Assembly: GCA_965649825.1 (NCBI GenBank)
Contig: OZ287694.1
Location: 1,301,197 to 1,365,196, forward strand
Reading direction: 5' to 3'
DNA from: Penicillus capitatus
Lineage: Eukaryota > Plantae > Chlorophyta
Length of the DNA stretch: 64,000 nt
The translations under genes were made by a program, and so were the position numbers. This document shows positions 49,098 to 62,261 of this stretch, in pieces (position 1 is the first letter of the stretch; the number at the start of each line of letters is the position of its first letter). The notes under the pieces are model-generated. The model saw only the letters and a program-made list of their open reading frames with translations, was not told the DNA's origin and searched no databases.

Positions 49098-50178
49098 TCA
49101 TCCAACAGATGCATCAGCAGAATCTGTGCCTGTTTGCGTCCTGCGCTTCCTAGCAAGATATCTCTCCCTCGCGGAAGCAATAGAGGCATCGTCGTTTCTT
49201 CGTTTACGACGGCCAGCCATTGGATCGTGTGGCGAAGCGCGCCCATCACTCACAGGGGTATCTTCTGTCGATGGTGTGGTTTGCTTTCTTCTCTCAGGCG
49301 ATGGTGGCATCTTCACACTCTCTTCCGCGACAGCCGCAGAAATGGATTCAGATGAGTGGGCTGCAGGTTCAGCGTCTGCAGACTCGACCAGTGGCTCCGA
49401 TGGTGCCTCGGCCTCGGCTTCGGCCAACCGATTCGATGCAAAGGCAACATTCTTCGTGACGAGATTCTGATAGAACCCAGTCAGATCCGACCTCTTCGTC
49501 ACATCCTCCGCCTCCTCTATCGCATCCCTGTCCCAAGAACCGAACGAACTGTCAGCATCCGTGCACGGAGAGGAACACACATTCTTCTCTCGCGTTCGAT
49601 CCAGTATCTGTCGTCCTCGAGCTTCTTCTTGTATGCAGTGGTCAGGAACGCCTCCTTCTCGTCGTAGAGATGGTCATCCTTCTTCCGCTCTTTCAGCTAA
49701 GACAGTGATCCCCTCCTCGAGCAGACGCACGACGATCAGCATACCAGTCGCCGCTCGTAGGCGATGTCTTGTTCTTTCTTTCGAATCTCTGCCTTCTGCA
49801 TGAGCGCCTGGATGTATTTGGGTTTCCTCTCTTCCACTTCCTTTCTCTTGGGCGCCTCCCGACTGCGCTGGATGTCATCGTACACAGCATCGTATTCATA
49901 GACAGTGCTGTCCTCCGCCACTGCTGCTGCACGGGCCGCAGCAATCTGAGAACAGCCACCGCGTTTCCCACAGCAACATGTGCCGTCGTCACTTTCGAAG
50001 CCTTGAGGTTCTGCTGCTGCTGTTTCTTGAGTTGGACCTCCACTTCGTCTTCGGAAGAGGAGTCGTCGCCAAACGCTGCGGGCTTCGGAGCCGAGACCGC
50101 TTTGCCCTTCTGCAGACCGTACTTGACGCCCTTGTATCCAATCAAGACTGCCGAAGGCTTCTCTGCGTTGTCCGACAT
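49098..50178 (-). CDS. NSRP1: NSRP1/CCDC55 duplicate
   Basis: Near-identical to 3035..4115. Confidence 0.85.
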
Positions 50179-50231
50179 CGTGTTCTTACTTTTGAAGACC
50201 GATCGACGTGACAGTCCGAGCAGCAGAGAAG

Positions 50232-51029
50232 ATGGCTTTATCTCAATGGCTTCGGCGTTGGGCTCCGACAGAGAACAGGGACGAGTCTGAAGGCAAGAAA
50301 CCTCTTGTCTCGGAGAGGGAGAAAACCGAACGCCCTTCGAAGACCGAAGATTCGGCAGCAGACGCGCATTCGCCGTCGCAGCCGGAACAGCCAGAAGCTC
50401 CATCGGTAAACGAAGAGACACCAGATGACAAGGTGAACGACAGACAGACAGATTGGGTGCTTGATATGGAGGCATGATACCGTGCAGTTCTTCGACCAGC
50501 TGACGAACAAGCTCCAGAGTCCCGAATTTCTCGAAAGACTGAAAGACATGGAGCACGCCTCCCGGTCCGATCCACCACCGTCGACATCGCAAGAAGAGGA
50601 GACGGCAGACGACGTGGGGGTAGTGCCTGGTACACAGAAGCCGCTAACAGAATCGTCGTGTAGGATTCCGAGGGGAGTTTCGTGTGGGTGACCGAAGATG
50701 ATGCGATGGAGGGATTGGTGGAGACCATTGCTCAGTGCATTCTCTCGTGTCCAGAGGCGCATCAGATTCGACCTCACGAGCTGCAAGACGCCATCGTGAC
50801 CGCCTGCAAAGTGCGAGATCACTCTCTGGAACGCGTCACCTTATTGTATCGTTCCCAGGATTTGAAGAAGAGCAAGGCTAAGTCAACGTGGGGATGGCTC
50901 ACATTCATCTACCGCGCGGCGTCGTGGAGCTACAGCGCCTTCAGCTTCTACACCAATCCCTGGATCCTGCGAGCCATTCTCGCCGCCCTGTGCTCCGTGC
51001 CGAGACTTCTAGGACGATTCTTCCTCTGA
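50232..51029 (+). CDS. Uncharacterised plant-type protein duplicate
   Basis: Near-identical to 2183..2982. Introns GTGAAC..GTGCAG and GTAGTG..GTGTAG keep the frame. Confidence 0.65.
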
Positions 51030-51087
51030 AACGCACTCCGATGACACGCTGTTACAATAGAGGTGTCACTAGTGGTCTATCCGTTCA

Positions 51088-52147
<1,060 letters not shown>

Positions 52148-52245
52148 GACGGACGTCTTAATGGATGACGACGATCGGACAGATCTCTTCATCTTTGCCT
52201 TGCTCACGGCCAGACCACAACGTCTCCTCTCTCGCCTTACGAGCG

Positions 52246-53062
52246 ATGGTGCGTCGTCGAATGTTCTCCGACATGAGAGATCTGTCTCGTGGCTTCAGTC
52301 GGCGTCCAGTGTGCAGAAGGGACTCAGTCTCGGCGTCAAGGACGCTTCCAAACAGCGAAGAGGCGCAACGCCGTCGACGCGATTGAACGCCGTTCCCAAG
52401 AAGGTGAGAGATCCGTTCTCGTTCGTATTCTGTGTCCAGTGACGCGACGTCGTGCATGCAGCTCAATACATTGGACAAGGATTGGACGAAGGTCGTTGAC
52501 AGTGCCTCCATATGGGACTGACTCATGTGCACGCGTGTGGTGCAGAGGTTCTTCGGATACGGAATGTTTTCGGAAGACCAGGAGAACACGACCGTCAACG
52601 TCTTCGAAAAGTACCTCGATCTGCATTCCCATCGAATCTCTGCCGCACCGCGTTCCCCAGACTGGAGCGAAAGAAGGTTCTGAGTTCCGTCGAGTCTGCC
52701 GGTTTGCTCTCCGCTGCAGAGAAGGTGAGAGAAGAGTGATCGAAGGATGATCATGTGCGGAAGATGTGTGACAGGCGGGACTGACATTGGGGAAGATCGA
52801 AGAGTTGGGTTTGCTGTCGACTGCCGAGGAATTGGGAATCCTGTCCGTCGCCGAGGACGCACTGACGACGAATCCAGGCACAGTCACGTCACTGTCCATT
52901 CCGTTTCTGGTGGCGACGATCGGCGCTTTGGTCTTCATTCCCGGAGACAACCTCGTCGAAGCCATTCTTCGGTACGGAGTGGCTGGAGTTCTGGGAACTG
53001 GATTTCTGGTGTTCTTCGCCGGTGGATTCGTTCTTGCCTCTCTGCAGGCAGAAGAGGAATGA
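52246..53062 (+). CDS. DUF1118 duplicate
   Basis: Same exon structure as 162..977, including ATG|GTGCG...CAG|TCG. Confidence 0.8.
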
Positions 53063-53862
53063 GAGACGGCAGAGATCACTCACCGAATCCTCGGACGTCG
53101 TTGATTGGCTTCGATCCATTGGCAGCCCTTTTAGACTCTATTGTTTTTTGATGATTGTAGAGTGCGACAGTACTCCTGCGAAAGACAGATTCAGACCTCG
53201 TCAATGATCGTCCCAGTGATTTTGCGAAAATGCGTGAAGGATACAGTGATAATGAAAGCCAAGAAACGACGGCTGATTAAGAGGAGCAGCATGATGTTGC
53301 CGAATAGAAAACAGTGACGGCACAGAATCGCGGCCGGTTGCCAGCGGCATCGTAACGAGGCAGCAGACGGATCGAATAGATAAGGACCACCGTCTAAATC
53401 AGAACACTCTGACAATCGATTACATGAGAAGCAGCCAGTAAGACTCCTTTGATCGCCAGTGGGTTACGTCTTCTGTCTCTTATCCTTTGGCCGAACAGAC
53501 TCCAACGGATGCAAAACAGTCTTCGATTCTGCCGCATCTGATGTTATTCGCATCATCTGCCGTGCAGACGATTCTCCGTTGAGAAATCGAAGATAAGGAT
53601 AAACGTATAAGAAAGATCTGACAGACGTAGAGTCTGTCACTGGAAAGAATGTTTGCAAAAGACATCTACAGACTTCAAGGTCATCAAAAAACAAGTCAAC
53701 CCCCAAGCAAGGCACATAATCCGAAACACAGTTTATGTGTTTTCGAAAGCATCAAATAACACAGCACCCTCGTGTTTGGCCCCGATCGATCTTCTGTAGA
53801 ATACAAGAAAGCGTTTTCGGTATTGTCTGCATTTGATGTTTTTATCTTTTATTATGGTGTCG

Positions 53863-56193
53863 TTAGGCTGCTAAACTGTCCACCAATGCTTGTGTGCGTC
53901 GACTAGCGGTCCGGGTCTTCTTTTTCAGTTCTCTCTTGAGGCTCTTTTCGATCTCACGGATGTTTTCCTCCCACAAATCGCTTTGCTCTCTTCCTGTTCT
54001 TTCGACGGGGACCAAATAGTGAAAGTACTTGCCACTGGATCGCTGACGGATCTTGTTTCTGCAAAGACAGGATCTGAAGAATGGCGCTATCGATGACATC
54101 CGTCTGAAGATTGCTCTCCATCCAAAGCAGCCACTGTCCAAAAGAAACGATGTGAACACAGCGGAGGCATTTGGCGATGCTAACCGGTGCTCGTCTTCTA
54201 ACGTGATGTTGCGATGAATGATGGAAGACACAACATCGCCTGCTATAGCGGCACGGTGCCTGGCCGCCCTAGCCGTCTTCATGAGTTTGGAACGATATCT
54301 GGTATCAATCAGAATGATAATCCAAAGGTTAATCAAAAGAACTGCGCCGAGAAACGCAAGGAAATTATAGGCAAACGCTTTCCATACGCTAACCCACCCT
54401 GCCGTCGAACTGATTTCCTTCATGGCAAGCCACATGTTATCGAGGAAAGAGAACTTCACCAAATAGTCACCGTCACCGAACAAAAGGCGGGACAATAGAC
54501 TAAAGCCCCCACGGCAAGAATAAAGAGCGTATTCGCAATCTCTGCCATCTTTGTATTTGCGTAAATCATAAAAGCTGTTGACCTCGAAGCCCATCGAAAA
54601 CATAATAATTGCGGCAATGCAATAAAAGACAAGGTCTATGACGAAAATCAACACGAATGACAAGGAAAATCTATTAAGTGCGCAAGTGCAACAATCGACA
54701 ACGATTGCGACGAAATAGAACAAACGATCGAGTCTTGACACGAATGGTCCATGAAGTCCATGGTACAGACACAATCTCATCTCCTACAAATAAAACACAC
54801 GAACATTTCGTGCATACCAGGTGACACGGCGTGCAATGATGCTCACTTGAAGAGACCAAAGGATGGACTCGAAGGACACCACGATGGCGGAGAATCCCGT
54901 GAAGTCTTTCAGTCTCACAAAATCTGCCATGCGATACAACAGAATTGCACCGGTTGGAACGCTAAACATTCAGCACCACAACTATTATTCACGGTTCATC
55001 TTGTGGTGTGTTGTCTTACTAGATCCATAAGCGTCTAATCTTGAGTTCATATATTCGAAAAGTCGCGAAAGAGAACAAATAGCTCGTGGCAAACATCCTC
55101 GCTGAGTGCGACGGATCTTCTTCGTCTTGCAATGCTTTGGGACTCCAAGCAATACCGAAAAGGAGCACCCCGGCAAGGACCTCTAATATGATGAACAATC
55201 CGAAGCGCCCGCGGAATGCGCCGAACACCCAGTCGGCGATAGCTTGCAAGGCTTCGGAGTTGACGACTCTCATCGGAATACGTCGTTGGCTTAGAAGTAA
55301 GCCAAGGAAATGATATCGGACGCGGCGCTCATTTGGACCAACAGTGTCATCAGACCAGCTTTGACGGACAGAGTGTTGATTGACACAGAGGAACTTGGCA
55401 ACGGCTTCGACCTGAACACCCGACGTCTCATCAAACGCCGTTCGATGTTCTTCACAGTTCTTTGACCAGAACTCCTTCACTGCTGCACTGTCCAGCGACG
55501 TCCAGTCCGTTAGTTTTTCGTCCGTTGTCATTCCGACCAGACCTTCAGGATTGTCGAACAGAGTAGCAGGCACCATCACTCTGCCATACTCGAAAGAGAA
55601 GGCGTCTCTCTTCAAGTAATCGAGCATGAGATTGGGGAATGTCTGTGTCAGTGGGAGCAAGTAGTTCGTCAGAATGTTGCAGGATTCGTCCACTGTGAAC
55701 TGTTTAGCCGCAACGCGATCGAGAACGAACTTTGCGACAGCCACAGAGTCTTGTGCTGTCCCATGGTCTAATGTGACACACTCTCCAGTGTCGATCATGA
55801 CGAACAGTTTGTACTTTCTTTTAAATTCCAACAAAATCTCTGCGCAATCGAAAAGGCAGTTCAGGATAGCGTCACAGAGAAGATCGATTCCTTCGTCTGT
55901 CCGGAAATTAATCACCTCGTACCCATACTTAAAGGTCAGCCTGCACACAAAGATACCAACACTTGTGTCACGGCTTCTGTATCTCACTCTTTCGTTGCCT
56001 CCTCGAGCCACGATCGGACAGAGATCCGTTCGTTTTCACCGATTGCAATAATACTAAGTTGAACGTCATCATGCTCCTCTGAAACAACAACAGAGTGAGG
56101 ATGCGTTTCAGAGTCGGTCGCGCTATAGGGACCTGTGAGTGGGCGGTATAGTGAACTCTCTCTTCTTCTGGGTGTTCGACTGCTCGAACTCAT
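53863..56193 (-). CDS. TRP-like channel subtype D, copy D2 (apparently intact)
   Basis: Spliced MSSSSRTP...KE|LTFKYGY...WIY|VPTGAIL...SLQ|EMRLCLY...HGPFVSRL, AYNFLAFLGAVLLINLWII, ARAARHRA, KYFHYLVP. Pore loop SRLLFGDGDY differs from the LG(Q/N)(F/I) motif of subtypes A-C. Confidence 0.75.
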
Positions 56194-56663
56194 TGTCGTC
56201 TGATAGACAAGGGGGTCTACGAAGAGCAAAAGTGGCACTGTATCAACAGACGTTCACTGTCGGTTGTGCAACACTGAGAACAAAGAACCGTCGGCTCGTC
56301 GTCAAAGCTAAACACCTCTGTCGTACTTCTCGTCGGACAGTCTTATGCAAGAACACTCTTCAAGCAACAACTTTCTCAGAATAAGTACGAGTTGTCGTTG
56401 CTGTAGTTCCATAGAACTTCTCGCCTTCTCATCCTAATTCGCCATTCGTCATCCATCACGAGAAGCTCTTCTGCGCCGATGTAGCACGTGCACACGCGGA
56501 TATTCGCCTCGGACAAGCACCGTATGCATGCCGTAGCTATCCCATTATCGTACACCTCGTCCGTTTGAGGAGGCATTGCGCGGTATCACGTCCGCTGAAG
56601 GTCGCGCTGCTGCTGTCTTCCGTACGTCTTTGATCGAACGTTCTGCTGTCTCCCCCAAAACGA

Positions 56664-59226
56664 ATGTCTGCATCTCTTCGTTTTTCGCGCCGCACGCGCA
56701 GTACTCCTCTAGCTGGTGCCATTCTTCCGATTTCGCCTCAACTGTTCAACGACGTCGTCTGTCACGGTCTCAGCTACAACGTCGACGTCGACCCCGAAAC
56801 ATTCTCCGAGCTCAAGCGCCTCAACGACACATCCCTTCTGTTCTTTCTCGTTGACTCCGAGCAGGATGGCGATGTCCTGCGCGGTCTCTTTCGACTGGAC
56901 TCGCGTCCAGAACTGGACGTCCGTTCCAGTGGCGATGGCTGCTTCGCGACAGTATCCTCAACATCGATCTCAATCTCGGCGACATGTACGGATCACAGGT
57001 GCGCGTTGTTCGCCTGGAGACGTTGATGGATCTGCCAATTGCCACATTGCGTTGCTCGAGGCCAGACGTCTTTTCATCCGAGAAGACGTGCTTCAGCGAT
57101 TTGGACGAAGAGCAGGTCCAGACGATCTTGTGCGCCATGCGACCGATGGGATCTGCACAGCACCGACCAAACCCACCGCGAATCGCAGACGAACCGACGA
57201 CCGATGCGGGAAGTCTGTCCAAAACGAGGAATGCCCATCAGATGGAGCCGCCATTCAATGCGGATATCTTCTCAATGGCACGCGTTCGAGGAAGAGGAAG
57301 GCAGGTAGATGATATCTCTCCTCGGCGTCCGATACCAACACAGCCAGAGAGATGGAGCGAGTCCCCGGTGAAGGCCAACGTCGATGTCCAGACAATGGAA
57401 GATCCGAGATTGGTGGAGCTGCGCTCACGCAATGCCGTGTTGCAAAAAGAGAACGCAGAACTGAAATCGCAGCTCAAAGCAAAGGAGACCAAATTCGAAT
57501 CGATGAAGACGGAAACAGAGAAGATACGCAACGCCCTGTTTCGGCATTTCCGTGCAGACTCATCGTCGTCGAGAGACAAATCCAATGAAGAAGCGAGTTG
57601 CCAAACGGATCGAGCTTCGACGCAGCACATACCACTCCCTTCGACTCCCAGAACACGTAGCAGCCGCAGCGTCCAGAATCCTCCTTCCGTTGCACAGACC
57701 TCTACCGAAATGTCCCCACGCCCAATGGCACGGCCCACGGAATCAACGCAATGGACAGGCAGCGTCCACCCCGAGACAGATTTTGTGCCACCGCTGCCTC
57801 CTATTCAGACGCATTGTGTTGATCAAGAGATGCCGAATACATCCTCTGTGCATTCGTGGAAGGACGAGAGAGATCTGAGTCAAGGGACGATCCATTCCAT
57901 GCCACCTCCACTGCCACTCCCGCTTCCACTTCCTTGGGTTAACACACAGCCGGAGTGGGATACGACATTGTCGTCGACGCAGCTGGCTCCAGCGCCGTTT
58001 GCTGTTTCGCTGCCGCCACCCATTTTTGGATGCGCCTCGCCTAAGGCCATCCAGAGATCAGCACCCGTTGCGATCTCTGTGGACAAGATGGCAATTGTTG
58101 GAGGCCTCATTGAAGGAAAGGAAGCCTCCACAGTAGGAGACCCCACACTTATCCTTCAGCATCGCGAGCTAACTACTGTTATGTTCGTTTGTGCCTATAC
58201 AGATGGATGTTTTCGATGTTGGACAGCAATCCTGGCGCAATGTGCTTTATCTTCCCTCAGGTTCGATTCTTCACAAGCACCTGTCACATCACTGTATTCT
58301 ATAGGAGTGTCTTTTCTCTGGGGAGGTGCGGCCTTGATTCGTGAGCATCTCTTCTTGATCGGAGGCATCAATGGCTCGATGCCGATCGATCTAGTTCGAC
58401 ACTACAGTTTTCGATCGAGTGAGCATGGCATCTCTGGTATCGCATATCCCACGTGCCGTTTGCAGAGGAGTGGGATCTCTTGTGCCCAATGCCAGTTTGC
58501 CGGACAGGCGTCGTCTCGGCCGAACTGAATGGAAAGATCTATTTTGCAGGGGAAACGTATCAGATCAAAGATATCGCTGAGGTCTACAGTCCAGACATCG
58601 ATCGCTGGTCCAACCAGATGCCTCCCTGTGAAGTCCGGTCCGTTTTCCCTCTGCCGTTTCTCCACCCATGGCCCTTCTCTGTGCAGTTGCCAGCACGGAA
58701 TGGCGGCTGACAGCAACCGAAACGTTATCTATGTCTTCGGCGGACGCACACAGCACAAGAGATACGCCACATCGGTCGAACAGTATGATCCGCGTCAGGT
58801 CAGGGATCGCCTGTCTACTGGCCTGATATGATCCGAGTGTGTATCATACAGGGGTCGTGGCTGCAAGTGGGACAATTGCCGACGCCGCGCGAGAGTGTTT
58901 TTGGATTATGCAGCTCCGAGCGTCTCGTCATTATGGGAGGAGCAACGCTGATGCAGAAGGAGGCCTTGGGATTCGTCGAGCTCTTCGATCTCAGAGCGCA
59001 GCAGTGGACGGAGGGCCCGCCGATGATGCATGCACGGAAGGAAGGGGCAGCAGCGAGGCTGGAGGAGGATATTTATGTGGTGGGCGGTTTTGATAGAGAC
59101 AAGAATCCACAGGAGATGGAGAGGTGGCGTCAGGGAGGTGGATGGGAAGCAGGACTGACAGATGGGACCATTGACGCACGATGTCTACACAGAGTCTTGA
59201 AGATTCCCAACCACCTCACCGATTGA
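56664..59226 (+). CDS. DCD (development and cell death) domain + coiled coil + Pro-rich linker + Kelch repeats, multi-exon
   Basis: The N-terminus matches the DCD pattern (GAILP, LLFFL, LRGLFRLDS, T|VRV, DLDEEQVQTIL). Kelch exons: VIYVFGG..VEQYDP, LVIMGG..VELFD...W..GPPMMHAR, IYVVGGFD. Exon boundaries are approximate. Confidence 0.8.
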
Positions 59227-59726
59227 GGCCTGCCTCTCTGAGATGCAAATGGGGGTTCTGAAGAAAACGAACGATTTCAAATGCCATCGGGATTTTACTC
59301 GATGAACGGTTTCTGCAATGGATGACTTGTGGGAAGTGATGTGGGAATCATGCAGAAGCGACGGCAGGGCGCTTAGAAAAATCGAATCGATGTCGATCGT
59401 CGACAGCGAAGTGCTATCGACGGGACTGGCAAACTGTGCTTATGAACTGACCCACGCCTGTCACATCGCCGCCGCCGGACATGTGGTGACATTGAGATCC
59501 GATGCATCCGACCGAATACAAAGCCTGTTCAAAAAGTCAGAAGAAATACCACTGAATGCCGTTCCATATCCTATCCATCGACAAACTCAGGCAGGCAGCA
59601 CAGGGAGATGCATTCCAGGATTTGTTAGGAACAGTCGAGAACACGGCACTGCCGTTATGCATGATATCTGTATGGATAAGAACTTTACTGGACAGATCTT
59701 AGAGCATCGAAATCGTATGGACGATA

Positions 59727-61121
59727 TCAGACCTCCACTGGTGTATCTTCACTCAATCCCCATTCTGTCCACGAGCCATCGTACACAGCAACCTGGTCCA
59801 CACAAAGGCATTCCTTATTCCGGAACAGCAGACGGTCATCGATTCGCAAGAGGACTTGACGTACGTGTTTCTTGAATCCTAGATGCGCCAGCGCCAGGGC
59901 AATGGCACACGCCGTCACACCAGATCCACATAGACATGTCGCATCGGTGTTCATATCCACACCTTCAACCATCAAAGCCTCACGTGTCACCCTTTGCTTT
60001 TTAGATTCTCGAAACCTGCAGTTTTGATCAGTTCCATGAGTTCTGCCTTGCTTTTGATGTGACCATCTTCTGTGACGATCGATTCGAGGGGGACATTTCG
60101 GCTGCCAGGGATGTGCCCGGATCGGACGCCTTCCCGCGGTTCGGGTACCGTTCCATCGAATCGCCCAGGCGGTCGTGCGTCAAGTAACTGCTCCGCCTTC
60201 GTTTCCAACAGTTTTTTCACGTCATCAAGACTCCGGACCTGAACTGCAGCTTCAGAGCAACTACCGCTGTTCCATACGATTCAACCTGTGCTACGTCTAA
60301 CCGAGCTGGGTATTTTGTGTTGACGACACCATCTAGTCCAAACTTACAGGCGATGGATGCCGCCATGATCGTGTCTTCGTTCTCATTTGGTGACTCTTCC
60401 ACTTCGAGTCCTGCCGCTTTCCATGCCGGAAAGCCTCCATCGAGTACAGACACACTGTACAGGTGCTGTCACATCATGCAGAGAACAAGCAAGGCGTGCA
60501 CTTTATGTGGCCGAAGACTTTGAACATCCACCAAGCACGAGGGGCGCTGAATAGTCCAGCTCCATCGTATACGACAATGTGATCGCTGACTTTGATCTGT
60601 AGCGCATCGGCCGCAGCGGCGAAGCCTTTCGCATAGGGCAGCATGTGTGGCAAATTCATCTTCCTGTCACATCAATCATGTCGCACAACGATGTGGAGAT
60701 CGATCGATCGATCGATGATCATTTACCCGTCGGCGATGCTATTGACATCAAAGAACTGTGCACCGGGGATATGTCCGCGTCTATACTCCTCAACGGGATT
60801 GCGGCCTAGGAGCTCGGTACGCTCGTACACCTCTAGACGCATTGTGGCGGCTGACCTGCTGTCGGCAGATACCATGACGCATCTAAGATCTTCATCGTCG
60901 TTTCGTTCCGGCTGAAATGCGCCACGTGAAGTGATTGCTGGATAGAAAGCTTCTTCGTACTTTTCCTTGAGCCAGTCGACATCGACAACAGGCTTGACGG
61001 TCATGATAGGTTTGCGTGCTGCTCCGACGGTGACGTGAGAGAAACGAAGACGTATCGGACGACGATGACGCGGAAGGAAACACTGTGAAGATAACCGCTT
61101 ACCCAACAGAACGCCGGTCAT
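59727..61121 (-). CDS. MPST: Thiosulfate/3-mercaptopyruvate sulfurtransferase (tandem rhodanese), multi-exon, organellar transit peptide
   Basis: GHIPGAQFFD, LPHMLP, VVYDGAGLFSAPRAWWMF, VLDGGFPAW, DARPPGRF, RSGHIPG, CGSGVTA, YDGSWTEW. Confidence 0.93.
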
Positions 61122-61218
61122 TTTCCGTTGCGAATCGAAAGACGAATGATCGATCTTCTCGTCGAAACCGATCGATCCGATCGCATCGACACGACGTCCG
61201 CATCTCATTCAAGGGACG

Positions 61219-62247
61219 TCACACAAAGAACCTCGGCGATTTCAGCAGCAGAATCCGGATCAGATCGGGAGGTACACCCATGCTGCGCATTTCGTCCATC
61301 TTCTTGGCTAGACCCTCCTTCAGCGAATGCTTCAAGATCTGAGGTCGATGGACCAAGATACGAAAGAGCTCCAGCTGATCCAGATCGAATTTTTTGAGGT
61401 ATTCGATCTTTGGCCGAATATCGCGATCGACATCGGCAGCGAGAACATGGGGATAGATTTCCAGCATCTGACCAAACAGTCGTCTGCCCATATTGAGCTC
61501 GTCCAGAAAATAACGCGCAAATGGCCGCAGCTGGTCTTCCTTAGACAGCAGCATTACGTTTGGAAACCGGCAGAGAACGTTTTTTAAACATGCCGAGAAA
61601 CAAGTGTTGCGCAAGAACTCCAGTCTTGGATAGATTTCTGTATGATAGGTCGAGCCCAAGACTTGAGGACACTCCAAGATCACACTTTTCGCCACCTCCT
61701 CCAACGACAGTCCAATGCGCATTAAGTACTTCACACGGTATCGGATGTCTTTGATAATCGAGTACTGCAAAAACTCTGGACACTCTTCAAAGATCTTCAG
61801 CATCTCGTTGTCCGACAAAAGGAGCCGTTCTTGGTAATAGGCCATGCGCGGCTGAATATGCGCCGCCAGTGAGAGCGACAGAATCTGTGGCATCTTCATG
61901 ACCACATGGCAAATGAGAGATGTCGAGAGCCCTCGAGACAAAAGGTACATCAGATTCTTTCTCGAGGCCTGGGTGTGATCCAGGGCCATGACGTGAGGCG
62001 AGTAAGACACCATGTCACCAAATTCGACGACGCTCACGCCGATGCGTCGATAGAATTCGAGATGCCTTTTCATGCGCGGTATATCGAGCAGTGCTCCTTC
62101 GAGTCGTGGCAGGGCGCGACCAAAGGTATCGCGGTACCATTGAACGACATCCGGCGGCGCTGGAAGCTGTTGAATGCATTCATCGCTGGAGACAATGCGT
62201 GAGGACAGCCAACGACATCCCGCGGCCCTTCGATGAAAAACGCGCAT
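61219..62247 (-). CDS. mTERF family protein, intronless
   Basis: Repeated motifs (MPQILSLSL..HIQPRMAY, CPEFLQYSI..DIRYRVKYL, YPHVLAADV..DIRPKIEYL) and an Arg-rich transit-peptide-like N-terminus. Confidence 0.88.
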   Translation of the reverse strand: MRVFHRRAAGCRWLSSRIVSSDECIQQLPAPPDVVQWYRDTFGRALPRLEGALLDIPRMKRHLEFYRRIGVSVVEFGDMVSYSPHVMALDHTQASRKNLMYLLSRGLSTSLICHVVMKMPQILSLSLAAHIQPRMAYYQERLLLSDNEMLKIFEECPEFLQYSIIKDIRYRVKYLMRIGLSLEEVAKSVILECPQVLGSTYHTEIYPRLEFLRNTCFSACLKNVLCRFPNVMLLSKEDQLRPFARYFLDELNMGRRLFGQMLEIYPHVLAADVDRDIRPKIEYLKKFDLDQLELFRILVHRPQILKHSLKEGLAKKMDEMRSMGVPPDLIRILLLKSPRFFV

Positions 62248-62261
62248 GATCGATCATGCGC
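62242..62261. other. Perfect 20-bp palindrome containing both divergent mTERF start codons
   Basis: GCGCATGATCGATCATGCGC equals its own reverse complement, with CAT at 62245-47 and ATG at 62256-58. Confidence 0.95.
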
